From IMG/VR virus record IMGVR_UViG_3300033056_000001, positions 1 to 64,000 of that record: 64,000 nt of DNA. One strand, 5' to 3'. Positions 24,582 through 33,374 of the stretch are shown piece by piece. The stretch comes from a virus. How positions within the stretch are numbered: position 1 is the first letter of the stretch; the number at the start of each line of letters is the position of its first letter. Under the pieces are notes generated by a model that ran no database searches, was not told where the DNA came from, and saw only the letters and a program-made list of their open reading frames with translations. Made by a program: the position numbers and the translations under genes.

Positions 24582-25253
24582 TTAAATTCCTAATTCGCGC
24601 TTTAATTGCGCTAAAGCCATGCGATCTTCAATCTTGCCTGTGCGTTTTGCTTTCGCTGCGGCCTCGTTTACTAATTGCTCGGCTGTCTTCTCGGAAGTAT
24701 CGCGGTTTCCATTCGTACTTTCGCCGATTGGTTTCTGCGGCTTCTTAACTTCCGATAAAAAGCTATATTGTTCAACAAGCGTATTTAACACGACGTCTAA
24801 TCCGTTTACTTCGCCGTCTTCGACTTCTACCGCGGATAAGTCGGCTAGTTTTAACGCAGCGTCGATACGGTCAGCCGGAATGTTTACGCTTGGTGCCGCC
24901 TTAATGAATGCATTGACGATATCCTTACGTTTAGCCTGTTCGCGAACCGCTTCAAGCTCTTTCGCCAATCCCTGCTTTTCCTCTTCGTACTTCTTAGCGA
25001 TTTCCTCTAAACGTTCCTTTTCCGAAAGCTCAGACATGCGTTTTTCTTCGAGTAACTTTTCGTACTCGGACGCTTTCGTTTTAATCTCGTCGTAATCGGA
25101 ATACTTGTCGGTCTTCTTACGCTCACGTTGCAGGCGTTTTTCGATTAACTCGTTTACTTCGTCCTGTGTGAACGTTTTGACTTCGGGCTGTGCCTCGACT
25201 TGTTCTTCCGTTTGTTCAACTTCGACTTGTTCGTTTTTGATTTCTTCGCTCAT
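24582..25253 (-). CDS. Capsid scaffolding protein (DUF4355-like)
   Basis: 223 aa, highly charged coiled coil. FTQDEVNELIEKRLQRERKK motif. Located upstream of the capsid gene. Confidence 0.8.
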   Translation of the reverse strand: MSEEIKNEQVEVEQTEEQVEAQPEVKTFTQDEVNELIEKRLQRERKKTDKYSDYDEIKTKASEYEKLLEEKRMSELSEKERLEEIAKKYEEEKQGLAKELEAVREQAKRKDIVNAFIKAAPSVNIPADRIDAALKLADLSAVEVEDGEVNGLDVVLNTLVEQYSFLSEVKKPQKPIGESTNGNRDTSEKTAEQLVNEAAAKAKRTGKIEDRMALAQLKRELGI

Positions 25254-25328
25254 AGTATCTCCTCCGTTTTAAAGCCGTCGCTTATAATGTCCGTAGCTTT
25301 TAAAGTCCTCAACGTTTGGACGGTGTTT

Positions 25329-26159
25329 TTATACGCGGTCAGGCCGTTTCACCGGACTAACTACGTGTTTACATCGTGGGTGAAATATTTCTCGGTTAGG
25401 TAACTCGCTAATGTATGGGTAATCTCCTTCGGCCGCTGGCGTTAGCTTTACGATTTTACCTTCCCAGTTACGGCACGCATCTTTAGCGCCGTGGCTCGAA
25501 ATGACACCATAATAAGCGCCTCTACTAACCCCGTCGTTAATGGTCGCCTCTTTATGCGCATTAAGCATTTTCGTTTGAACAACCGTTTCTACGTATACTT
25601 CCGGCTTCCAACGCCTTCTGCTTGCGTCAATGATTCCGGTTTCGACTGCGGAACCTAACTGCTTGCGTAAATTCGCTACTAATTCGCTCGTCAGCGCCGA
25701 TGTACCGTTTATACCTTTAGTAGTGTTTGCGCGAAGCACTTCCGCCGTAACTTGCCGGATTGTTGTGCGGACCTTACGGTTTACATTCTGCGTAACCTGC
25801 AGCAAATCGTCTTGTGTATCGGCAACGACCGTTTTAACTAAGTCGCTGTTTATCCGACTAAACTTAACGATATTTTCTGCTTCGGCTACGGTATTAACGA
25901 TTTCTAGCGCAATGATTGATCGTACTATACCGTCGTTAACTGCGACTGGCACGTTCGTCTGAATCCATGCGCTAGTTGTTTCGTCAAGTTGTGCGAGTAT
26001 GTCAGCGATTGACTTTAACGTTGCGTTCGCTGTGGCTCGCTGAAAATCGTTGAGATTCATTCGTTCTAGTTCACGCTGTATATCAAGCATCGCCTGTTTA
26101 TATGCATTCACTAATTTCGAAATCTCATATTCGTAATTCGGAGGCGGTAATTCTCGCAT
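25329..26159 (-). CDS. Minor head protein (SPP1 gp7 / Mu F-like head morphogenesis)
   Basis: 276 aa, directly after the portal gene. C-terminus ...CRNWEGKIV...HPRCKHVVSP is typical of the family. Confidence 0.7.
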   Translation of the reverse strand: MRELPPPNYEYEISKLVNAYKQAMLDIQRELERMNLNDFQRATANATLKSIADILAQLDETTSAWIQTNVPVAVNDGIVRSIIALEIVNTVAEAENIVKFSRINSDLVKTVVADTQDDLLQVTQNVNRKVRTTIRQVTAEVLRANTTKGINGTSALTSELVANLRKQLGSAVETGIIDASRRRWKPEVYVETVVQTKMLNAHKEATINDGVSRGAYYGVISSHGAKDACRNWEGKIVKLTPAAEGDYPYISELPNREIFHPRCKHVVSPVKRPDRV

Positions 26160-27688
26160 TACTTAGTCGCCTCCTCCTGCGGTTGATTGAATATCGAAGA
26201 ATCGACCGTACCCATTGCGGTTGTTTCATCGTCTTCGATGCGGCTCATGATTTCCTTCGCTTTGTCGTCGTCTACTTCGTCCTGGCGCTTGATTGCCGAC
26301 TGAACGTCTATCGTAGACTTGCCCGCTGTACGAATCTGCATGATTTCCGCTTCTTCTTTTTCGTTTTTAGGAATGCCGTCTTTCCACATGATCTTCGGAT
26401 AGACTGATTCGCCTGCGTATTCGCCGAATTGTGAATCGAATAGATAACACGTATACAAGGCATCGCGGATTCCTTTATCGTAGTGATTGCGGATCCTGCG
26501 AACCTTACTGATAATCGGCATGAAGCGTGCTTTGATCGCTGCGCCGTCTGTATGCGAAGTTCCTGTTCCGCCTGAGTCTCCGTCAGCCATCGTTGTACCG
26601 AATAACCACTGCGGCGTCTCGGACATCTGGAATATATACGAAACTAGGAAGTTGATTTCCTTAAATACATAGTCTAATTGACCGTCCCATGTAATAGCGC
26701 CAGGTGTTGCGTCTTCTTTCGTAATCGGAATGTACTTTCCGCCGAAACTAACACTGTTGCCTACGCCTTCTAAGTCGGGGCCGTATAATGTTGGATCGCT
26801 GTGCTTCATTAAGATAAAATCGAGTTGCGCGATGCGGTCTTCGATAGCCTGCAGCGCCTTCTCAATCTTTTCGATGAATCCGTCGCCTTGCCAGTCGTCA
26901 TCTACCGAAGAATACGGAATGTGAAACACCGGAATATGCGAAAGGCCAGTTTCGACGATATCTTCGTCACGTCCAGTCGCTACTTTGTCGCCGATTGTAT
27001 ATAACGTGATAGGTGTGCCGTACGTATTATCTACGCCGACTTCTGGGCGAGTAATTAATCGATATCTTTCGTATAGAATGTAGCCGGGAATGTGACGCTC
27101 GATGTTCAAATACGGAATCTCATCGTTACGAGTCTCAACCCATTCAATCTGCGCAATATTTACCGCTTTGAACTTCTTAACGTCGCCGTTACTTGTTTCC
27201 GGAAACACATACGAAGCGTTAACGTGCTCGATAATCGGCTCCATTTCAACGTCTTCAGGCACGTCCAGCCCTAAACGTGTGAGCTCCGAGTAATCTTGGC
27301 GATAACCATAACGTACTTTTACGAAACTGTCGCCGCGATATCCGTTTGACGTTGTGCTTTCATAAATAAGCGTGTTTAAATCGTTTTCTTCGACGTAACT
27401 GTTCAGCGCCTTTTGTTCGTTGCTGCTGTCCGGTTTGCCTGCTTCGTAAATTGGCGCATCTCCTACGAGTAGATCCGCAGGTTTTAGCGTCAGAATGTAC
27501 GGTAGGTTAATGGCGATATATAGAACGTCGAGTTGCGGTCGTTGCGGCGAGTCTTTTAGTAGTAATCGCGCTCGATCGTATACTTCCCATTGCTGACCTT
27601 TGAAGAACTTACGCATTCGGCTGTATTTAGCTAGCCTTTGAATTGAATCTTCTGGCGGAAACTGTTTACCGGTTTCAAATAATGCCAC
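26159..27688 (-). CDS. Portal protein
   Basis: 509 aa, between TerL and the minor head protein, with an acidic C-terminus. GTG start with a GGAGGT RBS. Confidence 0.8.
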   Translation of the reverse strand: MALFETGKQFPPEDSIQRLAKYSRMRKFFKGQQWEVYDRARLLLKDSPQRPQLDVLYIAINLPYILTLKPADLLVGDAPIYEAGKPDSSNEQKALNSYVEENDLNTLIYESTTSNGYRGDSFVKVRYGYRQDYSELTRLGLDVPEDVEMEPIIEHVNASYVFPETSNGDVKKFKAVNIAQIEWVETRNDEIPYLNIERHIPGYILYERYRLITRPEVGVDNTYGTPITLYTIGDKVATGRDEDIVETGLSHIPVFHIPYSSVDDDWQGDGFIEKIEKALQAIEDRIAQLDFILMKHSDPTLYGPDLEGVGNSVSFGGKYIPITKEDATPGAITWDGQLDYVFKEINFLVSYIFQMSETPQWLFGTTMADGDSGGTGTSHTDGAAIKARFMPIISKVRRIRNHYDKGIRDALYTCYLFDSQFGEYAGESVYPKIMWKDGIPKNEKEEAEIMQIRTAGKSTIDVQSAIKRQDEVDDDKAKEIMSRIEDDETTAMGTVDSSIFNQPQEEATK

Positions 27689-27779
27689 AGAACGACCTCC
27701 TTCCTTTTTATAGTTGTTTAGTTAGCACATATCAGTAAATAATCATATTGGAAAAGACTTCTGCTAATAAAACAGATTC

Positions 27780-29546
27780 TTACATCCACGAAGGCTTTTG
27801 GCGTACCTTACGTTTACCCTGTTTCGATACTGATACGGAAATTTCGCAGCTATCGATAAGGTCATCGTTGTCAGCGCCGTAACGTTCAAACTGTTCAAGT
27901 AACAACGCATGTCTTCGCGAAAACTGTATCTTTCCGGTTTCTATATCCGGTAACATCGCCTCAATACGAAGCTCTTTACGGCTTCGCTGAAAGACCTTTT
28001 TAACGCGATTGTGTGCCGGATAACCCGTAATAGCTAATCGTTCTTTAAGCTTATCTACGAAGAATTCCTGCGCCATCTGCGCCTCTGCTCCGATTACGTC
28101 CGGCTGTAACTCTCGTACTTTATTAACGATAACTTCCATAAAAACGTCAGGATGAACGCGATCGCCATACGAATCTATTACGTAAACGACGCCTGTCTCT
28201 CGATGTCTTGCCGTTGCTGTAATCGCTGAGTAATCCCCGCGTTGTTTTCCCATCGCAAAGTCAATTCCGAGTGCTATCGTATAGTCCTTATGCGGAAACT
28301 GACGCGCCGGATCCTTATCGTCCCAGTACGTAAACTTCTCCGGATTGAATAGCATCGATTCTTCGTCGATAGGGTTGTTCATATACTCGGTGTTGAACGC
28401 TTTCGAGCCGTTGTCCCATTTCCACGCCATTAGCTTAAATAACGGCTGTACTTCAGGCCAGAGGACATTGGCGCCGCGGTCCATTTCGTCCTTATTCGCA
28501 ATATAAAAGAGCTCCGCCGTCTTTGCCGAGCGTGGATCTTCTCTATTTACGTATATCTGACGGCACTCTTCCCATAGGTCCATTCGTTCGGGCAAGTCGA
28601 TAATCGCTTGATATCGTTTCGCCTCGAAGTCAGCACGGTGTTTCATGACGTCGATTAAAAGTGATTCGTGATGGACTGTCGTACCCATGAATACGGTGGC
28701 AGTCTTTTTACCTTCCGGATCACCTAACGGAATTACTACTTGGCGGAACCAATCCTTTAGTTCCTGGCGCAACTGCTCCGTATTTGTGTTCCGTTTATCT
28801 TCTAAATCATCGCAGACAATTAAGTCCGGTCGATTTCCGTTCCAGTTACGTCCGCGTAGCGCTTGCCCTGACGAAGCAGCCTGCACTAGCGTAAGCATTT
28901 TCTGTTTACCGTTGCCGAGGTCTTCCCAGGCGATAAACTCTCCGCTGTTATCCTTCGGATTCATCTGCTGTTTAGGCGAAAGAATCTGGCCGAAATCGCG
29001 AATTAACTTTTCGTTGCCTTGCAGCTGTAACTTAATCCATTCGAGGTTAGCGCTAGCAACTGACGGCGTTTCCGAGATAATAATGATGTATTTACGCTTA
29101 CGATAAACGATTTCGTGTATCGGAAATGCTTTCGATAAGAAGCTCGACTTCGCATGTGATCGTGGCGCCGCAACTACTACGCGCTTGTTTATTTCTTCGT
29201 TCGATACTACGTTCATGATGTCGCAGATTTCATGATGGAAGTCCGGCGCGTGCTTCGTTATTGTGGTCATATCGTCGTCATGCTCAAATGCCGGAATCCA
29301 GTTTCCGCTATTATCGGGATTGGCGTTTTCACCGAACCAGTTATATGCGAAAAACAGCAGGTCGGTATCGCCTCGTTCGATTGCCTCTAAACGTTTCAAC
29401 TCGCGAATATACATCGCTAAGTCACGCTTTTCATCGGCGGTTAATTTGTCTATGTTGCGCGTTCTAGGGACGATGTACTGCCGCAGCTTATCGATTTCTT
29501 TTCTGCGTGTTTTTGCATCGCTCCAACTACCGTTAGTCCACGACAT
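27780..29546 (-). CDS. terL: Terminase large subunit
   Basis: 588 aa. Walker A-like VVAAPRSHAKSS, Walker B LIVCDDLED, and a C-terminal RNaseH-like nuclease region (LGIDFA...D). Followed by the portal gene. Confidence 0.85.
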   Translation of the reverse strand: MSWTNGSWSDAKTRRKEIDKLRQYIVPRTRNIDKLTADEKRDLAMYIRELKRLEAIERGDTDLLFFAYNWFGENANPDNSGNWIPAFEHDDDMTTITKHAPDFHHEICDIMNVVSNEEINKRVVVAAPRSHAKSSFLSKAFPIHEIVYRKRKYIIIISETPSVASANLEWIKLQLQGNEKLIRDFGQILSPKQQMNPKDNSGEFIAWEDLGNGKQKMLTLVQAASSGQALRGRNWNGNRPDLIVCDDLEDKRNTNTEQLRQELKDWFRQVVIPLGDPEGKKTATVFMGTTVHHESLLIDVMKHRADFEAKRYQAIIDLPERMDLWEECRQIYVNREDPRSAKTAELFYIANKDEMDRGANVLWPEVQPLFKLMAWKWDNGSKAFNTEYMNNPIDEESMLFNPEKFTYWDDKDPARQFPHKDYTIALGIDFAMGKQRGDYSAITATARHRETGVVYVIDSYGDRVHPDVFMEVIVNKVRELQPDVIGAEAQMAQEFFVDKLKERLAITGYPAHNRVKKVFQRSRKELRIEAMLPDIETGKIQFSRRHALLLEQFERYGADNDDLIDSCEISVSVSKQGKRKVRQKPSWM

Positions 29547-29587
29547 TACATCGCCTCCTTTCTGCGTAATTATTTTTTAATTTATCG

Positions 29588-29618
29588 TTGACTTTCGATT
29601 ATGTATCGTGTTATATTG
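29588..29618 (+). promoter_or_regulatory. Putative promoter of the recombinase gene
   Basis: TTGACT at 29588, and TGtTATATT (extended -10) around 29610..29618. Spacer is 17-19 nt depending on which -10 is chosen. Confidence 0.45.
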
Positions 29619-29648
29619 AATGTAACAAAACGAGATAACGTTACGAAA
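29602..29648. repeat. Left copy of an imperfect direct repeat flanking the recombinase gene (contains a TGTAAC-N14-GTTACG dyad)
   Basis: Sequence TGTATCGTG-TTATATTGAATGTAACAAAACGAGATAACGTTACG. Compare with 30362..30421. Confidence 0.6.
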
Positions 29649-29660
29649 GGGGATTCCGAC

Positions 29661-30203
29661 ATGAACATCGTCCAACCAATCCGTAAGAAAACCGACATTA
29701 ATAAAATGAAAGCTGCGCTAGGTAATCCGCGCGACAAGTTACTGTTTATTTTCGGCATAAATTCAGCGTTAAGGATCTCCGACATACTAAAGCTAAAGGT
29801 TGGCGATGTTCGCGGTAAAGATGCGCTGAAACTGCGCGAAACTAAAACGAAAAAAGCGAAAGACTTCCTGCTGAATGATTCGATTAAGAAGGCGCTGAAG
29901 GAAATGTTACCTACCGACGCTAAAGACGGCGACTGGCTGTTTCCGTCACGTAAAGGCGACAAGGCTATTACGCGAGTTCAGGCGTATCGAGTATTAAACG
30001 CCGCCGCTGAACGTGCTGGCTTGGCGATTGAAATCGGAACACATACGTTAAGGAAGACATTCGCTTACCATGCGTATAAAGCAGGCGTTGATCTTACGTT
30101 GCTAATGTCCGTATTAAACCATTCAAGCCAACGCGAAACGCTTAAATATATCGGAATCGTCCAAGACGACGTTAACAGCGTATTTGCTGGCGTTAATTTA
30201 TAG
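29661..30203 (+). CDS. Minimal (catalytic-domain-only, 180 aa) tyrosine recombinase
   Basis: Catalytic residues are recognisable: ALRISD (Arg), HTLRKTF (His-x-x-Arg), LNHSS (His), ETLKYIG (Tyr). Start moved to Met21 of ORF 29601 (AAAGGGG RBS). About the size of FimB/FimE/RecV-type recombinases. Confidence 0.85.
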   Translation: MNIVQPIRKKTDINKMKAALGNPRDKLLFIFGINSALRISDILKLKVGDVRGKDALKLRETKTKKAKDFLLNDSIKKALKEMLPTDAKDGDWLFPSRKGDKAITRVQAYRVLNAAAERAGLAIEIGTHTLRKTFAYHAYKAGVDLTLLMSVLNHSSQRETLKYIGIVQDDVNSVFAGVNL

Positions 30204-30228
30204 AAACACTATTCGTTAGAATCGAAAG

Positions 30229-30266
30229 GCCCTCCGCCTACTTGACGGAAGGGCTTATTTTCGTTT
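30229..30266 (+). terminator. Intrinsic terminator after the recombinase gene
   Basis: GCCCTCCG-cctacttga-CGGAAGGGC (one bulge) followed by TTATTTTCGTTT. Confidence 0.5.
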
Positions 30267-30361
30267 ATGCTGACGTAAAGTCAAACGTTATTTTGATACG
30301 CCGATTTTTCTGGCGTCAGGAAACGGGATTCGGAGTGGGGCGGCCTGGGGGCTCGGTCCCG

Positions 30362-30421
30362 TGTATCGTTCATTCATTCGTTTGTATATCGAATGTAACA
30401 CAAACGCTTTATGTTACGTTT
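30362..30421. repeat. Right copy of the imperfect direct repeat flanking the recombinase gene
   Basis: Sequence TGTATCGTT(cattcattcgt)TTGTATATCGAATGTAACACAAACGCTTTATGTTACG. Shares TGTATCGT, TATAT(T/C)GAATGTAACA, AAACG and GTTACG with the left copy. Confidence 0.6.
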
Positions 30422-30689
30422 AAATATTAATTAAATCGTTGATATAACAACGTTCGCAATGAATCAAATGCGTTATTAATTACGAATACATTTATGCATG
30501 CGTCATATCAACGTTTGTGCTACGCTATTAACCTACGTATAATGCATAAGATACTGCATAAACGACAGTCATTCCGAAAAGTTTCAGGCGCCTGTCTGTC
30601 AGACCCTACGTGCTGGTAGATAGTACATCGTAGTACATACGCTACTCACACTACCGCCGAGTATCTACTATTATATAGTACGTACTATC

Positions 30690-31094
30690 TTACGCCTTGT
30701 ACTCCTCGCCATCTAACCTCTTAGCAAACGACTCTATCTCTGCGTCAATCACATCGTAATCCACACCGTTAGTATTATCGACTGCTGATACTTCGTGCTT
30801 CTCCGTTAGCATTTCGTTAAGCTGTAATACGAGCTTAGCCATCGCTGCATTCTCCGTTTCTGCTGCAACGCGGTAGATATTATCGAGTACTTCCGGTAGC
30901 CTCGACTGTGCATTCCGTACCATCTCACGCTTTAACTCTCGCTCAAATAACGGATCCTTCTTCCAGTTGAATATCGTTGTTCTACCTACGCCTACTTCCT
31001 GCGCTATCTGTTCCGCTGTAAGACCGCCTTGCTTCGGTTGTGATAACAGCTTAATAGCGTGATAGTGTTCGGTAGATAATCGTTTAAGTGCCAT
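30690..31094 (-). CDS. Terminase small subunit candidate (HTH, phBC6A51-type)
   Basis: 134 aa. N-terminal HTH GGLTAEQIAQEVGVGRTTIFNWKK, acidic C-terminus. It is the last gene before the TerL region, but is separated from terL by the recombinase cassette. Confidence 0.55.
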   Translation of the reverse strand: MALKRLSTEHYHAIKLLSQPKQGGLTAEQIAQEVGVGRTTIFNWKKDPLFERELKREMVRNAQSRLPEVLDNIYRVAAETENAAMAKLVLQLNEMLTEKHEVSAVDNTNGVDYDVIDAEIESFAKRLDGEEYKA

Positions 31095-31110
31095 TCGTTG
31101 TCACCTCCGT

Positions 31111-31218
31111 TTAGAATACAGACGCTCCAACTAAAACGCCTGCACCGAATATAAGTACAGCTAATCCAATTCCGAATACACCTACGATAAACCATATAAC
31201 GCCTTCTAATCCGTCCAT
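31111..31218 (-). CDS. Small membrane peptide (35 aa), not in ORF track
   Basis: MDGLEGVIWFIVGVFGIGLAVLIFGAGVLVGASVF. Ends 16 nt before the TerS-like start. Weak RBS. Confidence 0.35.
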   Translation of the reverse strand: MDGLEGVIWFIVGVFGIGLAVLIFGAGVLVGASVF

Positions 31219-31239
31219 ATATTCCGTCAGTCCTTTCGT

Positions 31240-31428
31240 TTAATCGAATATCTCGTATACGTCAATGCCGAGAATATTTAACGTTTGAGCTAATCCCGCT
31301 GCTTTGTAATACGCCTTTTCCGACTGCTTATCGTTTAAGTCTGCGTGAATATCTTTGCATAATTCATCACGAAATTCCTTTAGTTTACGTATTTGTTCAT
31401 CGGTTAACTTATACGTTTCTTCGCTCAT
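31240..31428 (-). CDS. Hypothetical protein (62 aa)
   Basis: Start moved to MSEETYKL (GGAAGGAAG RBS). The longer ORF to 31506 has no RBS. Confidence 0.5.
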   Translation of the reverse strand: MSEETYKLTDEQIRKLKEFRDELCKDIHADLNDKQSEKAYYKAAGLAQTLNILGIDVYEIFD

Positions 31429-31544
31429 ATTCCGCACTTCCTTCCGTTTAGTAATACGAGTACATAAAGTACAAAACCTTCTGTCCGCTGCCGCGTCCAG
31501 TATCATCGTCCCTTATTACTTATATGTATTAGGCGATGGTCTTT

Positions 31545-31595
31545 AAAAGAAAACGAAAAGACGCCGCCGAGTCACGGTCTTTGTGACGAAGGCGG
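31545..31595 (-). terminator. Two-tier intrinsic terminator separating the middle genes from the packaging/late genes
   Basis: Minus strand reads CCGCC-ttc-GTCAC-aaagacc-GTGAC-tc-GGCGG followed by CGTCTTTTCGTTTTCTTTT. Confidence 0.6.
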
Positions 31596-31706
31596 AATCC
31601 CTTAATTGTTTTACTTAGGCGTATGTGCTAACAAAGACTAAGAAATAATTCGAAGCCTAAAATCGCTGTATCCCTTGTCGCTCTAAGCGCGAAGGCACTT
31701 TTTAAG

Positions 31707-31756
31707 TGTCCGAATAATGTCGTGTTTTTGGCTGATTTGTCCGAATAATGTCGTGT
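31707..31756. repeat. Two perfect 19-bp direct repeats TGTCCGAATAATGTCGTGT, 31 bp apart (start to start)
   Basis: Copies at 31707..31725 and 31738..31756, in the 3' flank of gene 31774..32583 and upstream of the terminator. Confidence 0.7.
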
Positions 31757-31773
31757 CTGTTATCAACGCATTC

Positions 31774-32583
31774 TCATTTAGACACGTTAAACATCGCCAC
31801 TAACGTATTATCTGGCTCGGTATCCTTACGATAAAACACGCTAGGATTGAACGTATATCTTTCCGGATCTCCTCCGACTTTAATTCTCGCAATCACGTAT
31901 TTGCCATCGAATGTCATCTTCGGCAATCTCCTGCGAAGCGTGTCCGGATCTACGCCAATCACTTGCGCCAATTCCTTACGATTGAACCAACGTATCTTAG
32001 TCGGATCCTTTTCGAATGGATTCTCGCATAAAGCGTTTGTTTCCTGGTGAACGTAAGGCAACATGCGATAAATCAAGCCGATGTCTGTCGCTTTTACTTC
32101 GCGATAAACGTGCTTAATCTTCGTTGTATACGACTTAACGACGTATTGGTTATTGAAAGCACCGCGGAAGTGATAACGTTCATTTACCGCATATGTGCCG
32201 TTAGTGTTCTCGTTGATAACGCCGTGCTCAATACACGCTTTAATAAAGTCGTAGAATGTGCTTCGTTTTCGTTTCAGTTGTAAGACGCTCATCATATCAG
32301 CTGTACTCATCGGTGACTTATCCGAATTAATAAGAGTACCTCCGTCATAACTAACGTAGCATTGTAAAAGCATTAAATAACCGCACTGCGCAGTTGTCAG
32401 TACGGTGTAGACTTCGTTTAAGTTTTTCATATTCGAAGCAGTAAAGTCGTGTTGACGTCCTCGCTGCCATTTTTCGATTTCTTGTTTGCGAGCGTATGAT
32501 TCGGCTTGTTTTCGATTGATTATCGAATTATCGGCCGTTACGTCTTCGCCAGTTTCAATGTTGATAACTCGTAAAGTACTCAT
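31774..32583 (-). CDS. Hypothetical DNA-binding-like protein (possible wHTH regulator)
   Basis: 269 aa. GGGAGGG RBS. The segments FYDFIKACIEHGVI and NRKELAQVIGVDPDTLRRRLPKM look HTH-like. Located between the GIY-YIG gene and the late genes. Confidence 0.45.
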   Translation of the reverse strand: MSTLRVINIETGEDVTADNSIINRKQAESYARKQEIEKWQRGRQHDFTASNMKNLNEVYTVLTTAQCGYLMLLQCYVSYDGGTLINSDKSPMSTADMMSVLQLKRKRSTFYDFIKACIEHGVINENTNGTYAVNERYHFRGAFNNQYVVKSYTTKIKHVYREVKATDIGLIYRMLPYVHQETNALCENPFEKDPTKIRWFNRKELAQVIGVDPDTLRRRLPKMTFDGKYVIARIKVGGDPERYTFNPSVFYRKDTEPDNTLVAMFNVSK

Positions 32584-32784
32584 TGTTTTCCCTCCCGTAT
32601 TTTATAAACGGAAAGGGCGGTCGGAGCATACCCGACTCATTCGTTTCCCTTGCCTGTCTTGCAATTAGATGTACTAAGACTCACAAAACAAAAGTTAATT
32701 CGCTCTGAGAGCTCCATAGCAACATCAAGATTACTCATTCCCACTCTATAGGTGCCTAAATAGCCATTTTAGGATAGTATTTTG

Positions 32785-33372
32785 CTAGAGTTTCTTCCTC
32801 AAATCATGTATTTTAGCCCTAATTCTCGGCATTTCGACCTCAATTTCCGCCAGTCTTTCGCCGTCCCTTAACGCCTGCCCTAGCGATAATTCATTAAAAT
32901 AGTCGTCGTCCAGCAATTCGTGGTCCGGATTCTCTTCGAATTCCTCTCCGTCATTCATGTACGACCATTCAATCGACTGCTTTTCTTCGGATAGTTGGTA
33001 CAGCGTATACTCTAACCGGTCGATTTCCTCCTCAATACCAGCGCGAACTTCCGGAACCTCATCGTAAACTTTGGCGACATTATATTTCGGCTGCAATTCG
33101 TTAATGAAGAACGTCTCGTATACTTCCCGTTCGTAATCATCCGGAATATCGTATAGCTGGATTGTTTCGATTTGACCAACGAATAACTTACTGCGCCCGT
33201 CTCCTCGGCGATGATCCGCCAGTCTTTTACGGAACTGCATCGTTTTACCGACGTATAAAACAAGGCCGAAGCGATCTTTGAATACGTAGACCCCTCCGAC
33301 TGACTCTCGCAAGCTGTTAATCTCTTTTAGCGTAATTGTGGCGTATACTTCCGGCGCTGTTATTTTAATCAA
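32785..33372 (-). CDS. GIY-YIG nuclease (homing-endonuclease-like)
   Basis: GGVYVFKDRFGLVLYVGKTMQFRKRLADHRRG ... YETFFINELQPKYN carries the GIY..YVG..R..H..E..N motifs. 195 aa. Confidence 0.8.
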   Translation of the reverse strand: MIKITAPEVYATITLKEINSLRESVGGVYVFKDRFGLVLYVGKTMQFRKRLADHRRGDGRSKLFVGQIETIQLYDIPDDYEREVYETFFINELQPKYNVAKVYDEVPEVRAGIEEEIDRLEYTLYQLSEEKQSIEWSYMNDGEEFEENPDHELLDDDYFNELSLGQALRDGERLAEIEVEMPRIRAKIHDLRKKL

Positions 33373-33374
33373 CG

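Noticed and set aside
24619-25095. Plus-strand 158-aa ORF antisense to the scaffold gene
   Set aside because: It is a Ser/Phe-rich shadow of the Glu/Lys-rich scaffold coiled coil and has no translation signals.
29582-29962. Minus-strand 126-aa ORF antisense to the recombinase gene, and the ATG 29601 start of the recombinase ORF
   Set aside because: The recombinase catalytic motifs define the real frame and strand. ATG 29601 lies inside the promoter, whereas Met 29661 has an RBS.
30323-30360. GC-rich hairpin considered as a terminator
   Set aside because: No U-tract follows on either strand. It is kept only as part of the structured noncoding region finding.
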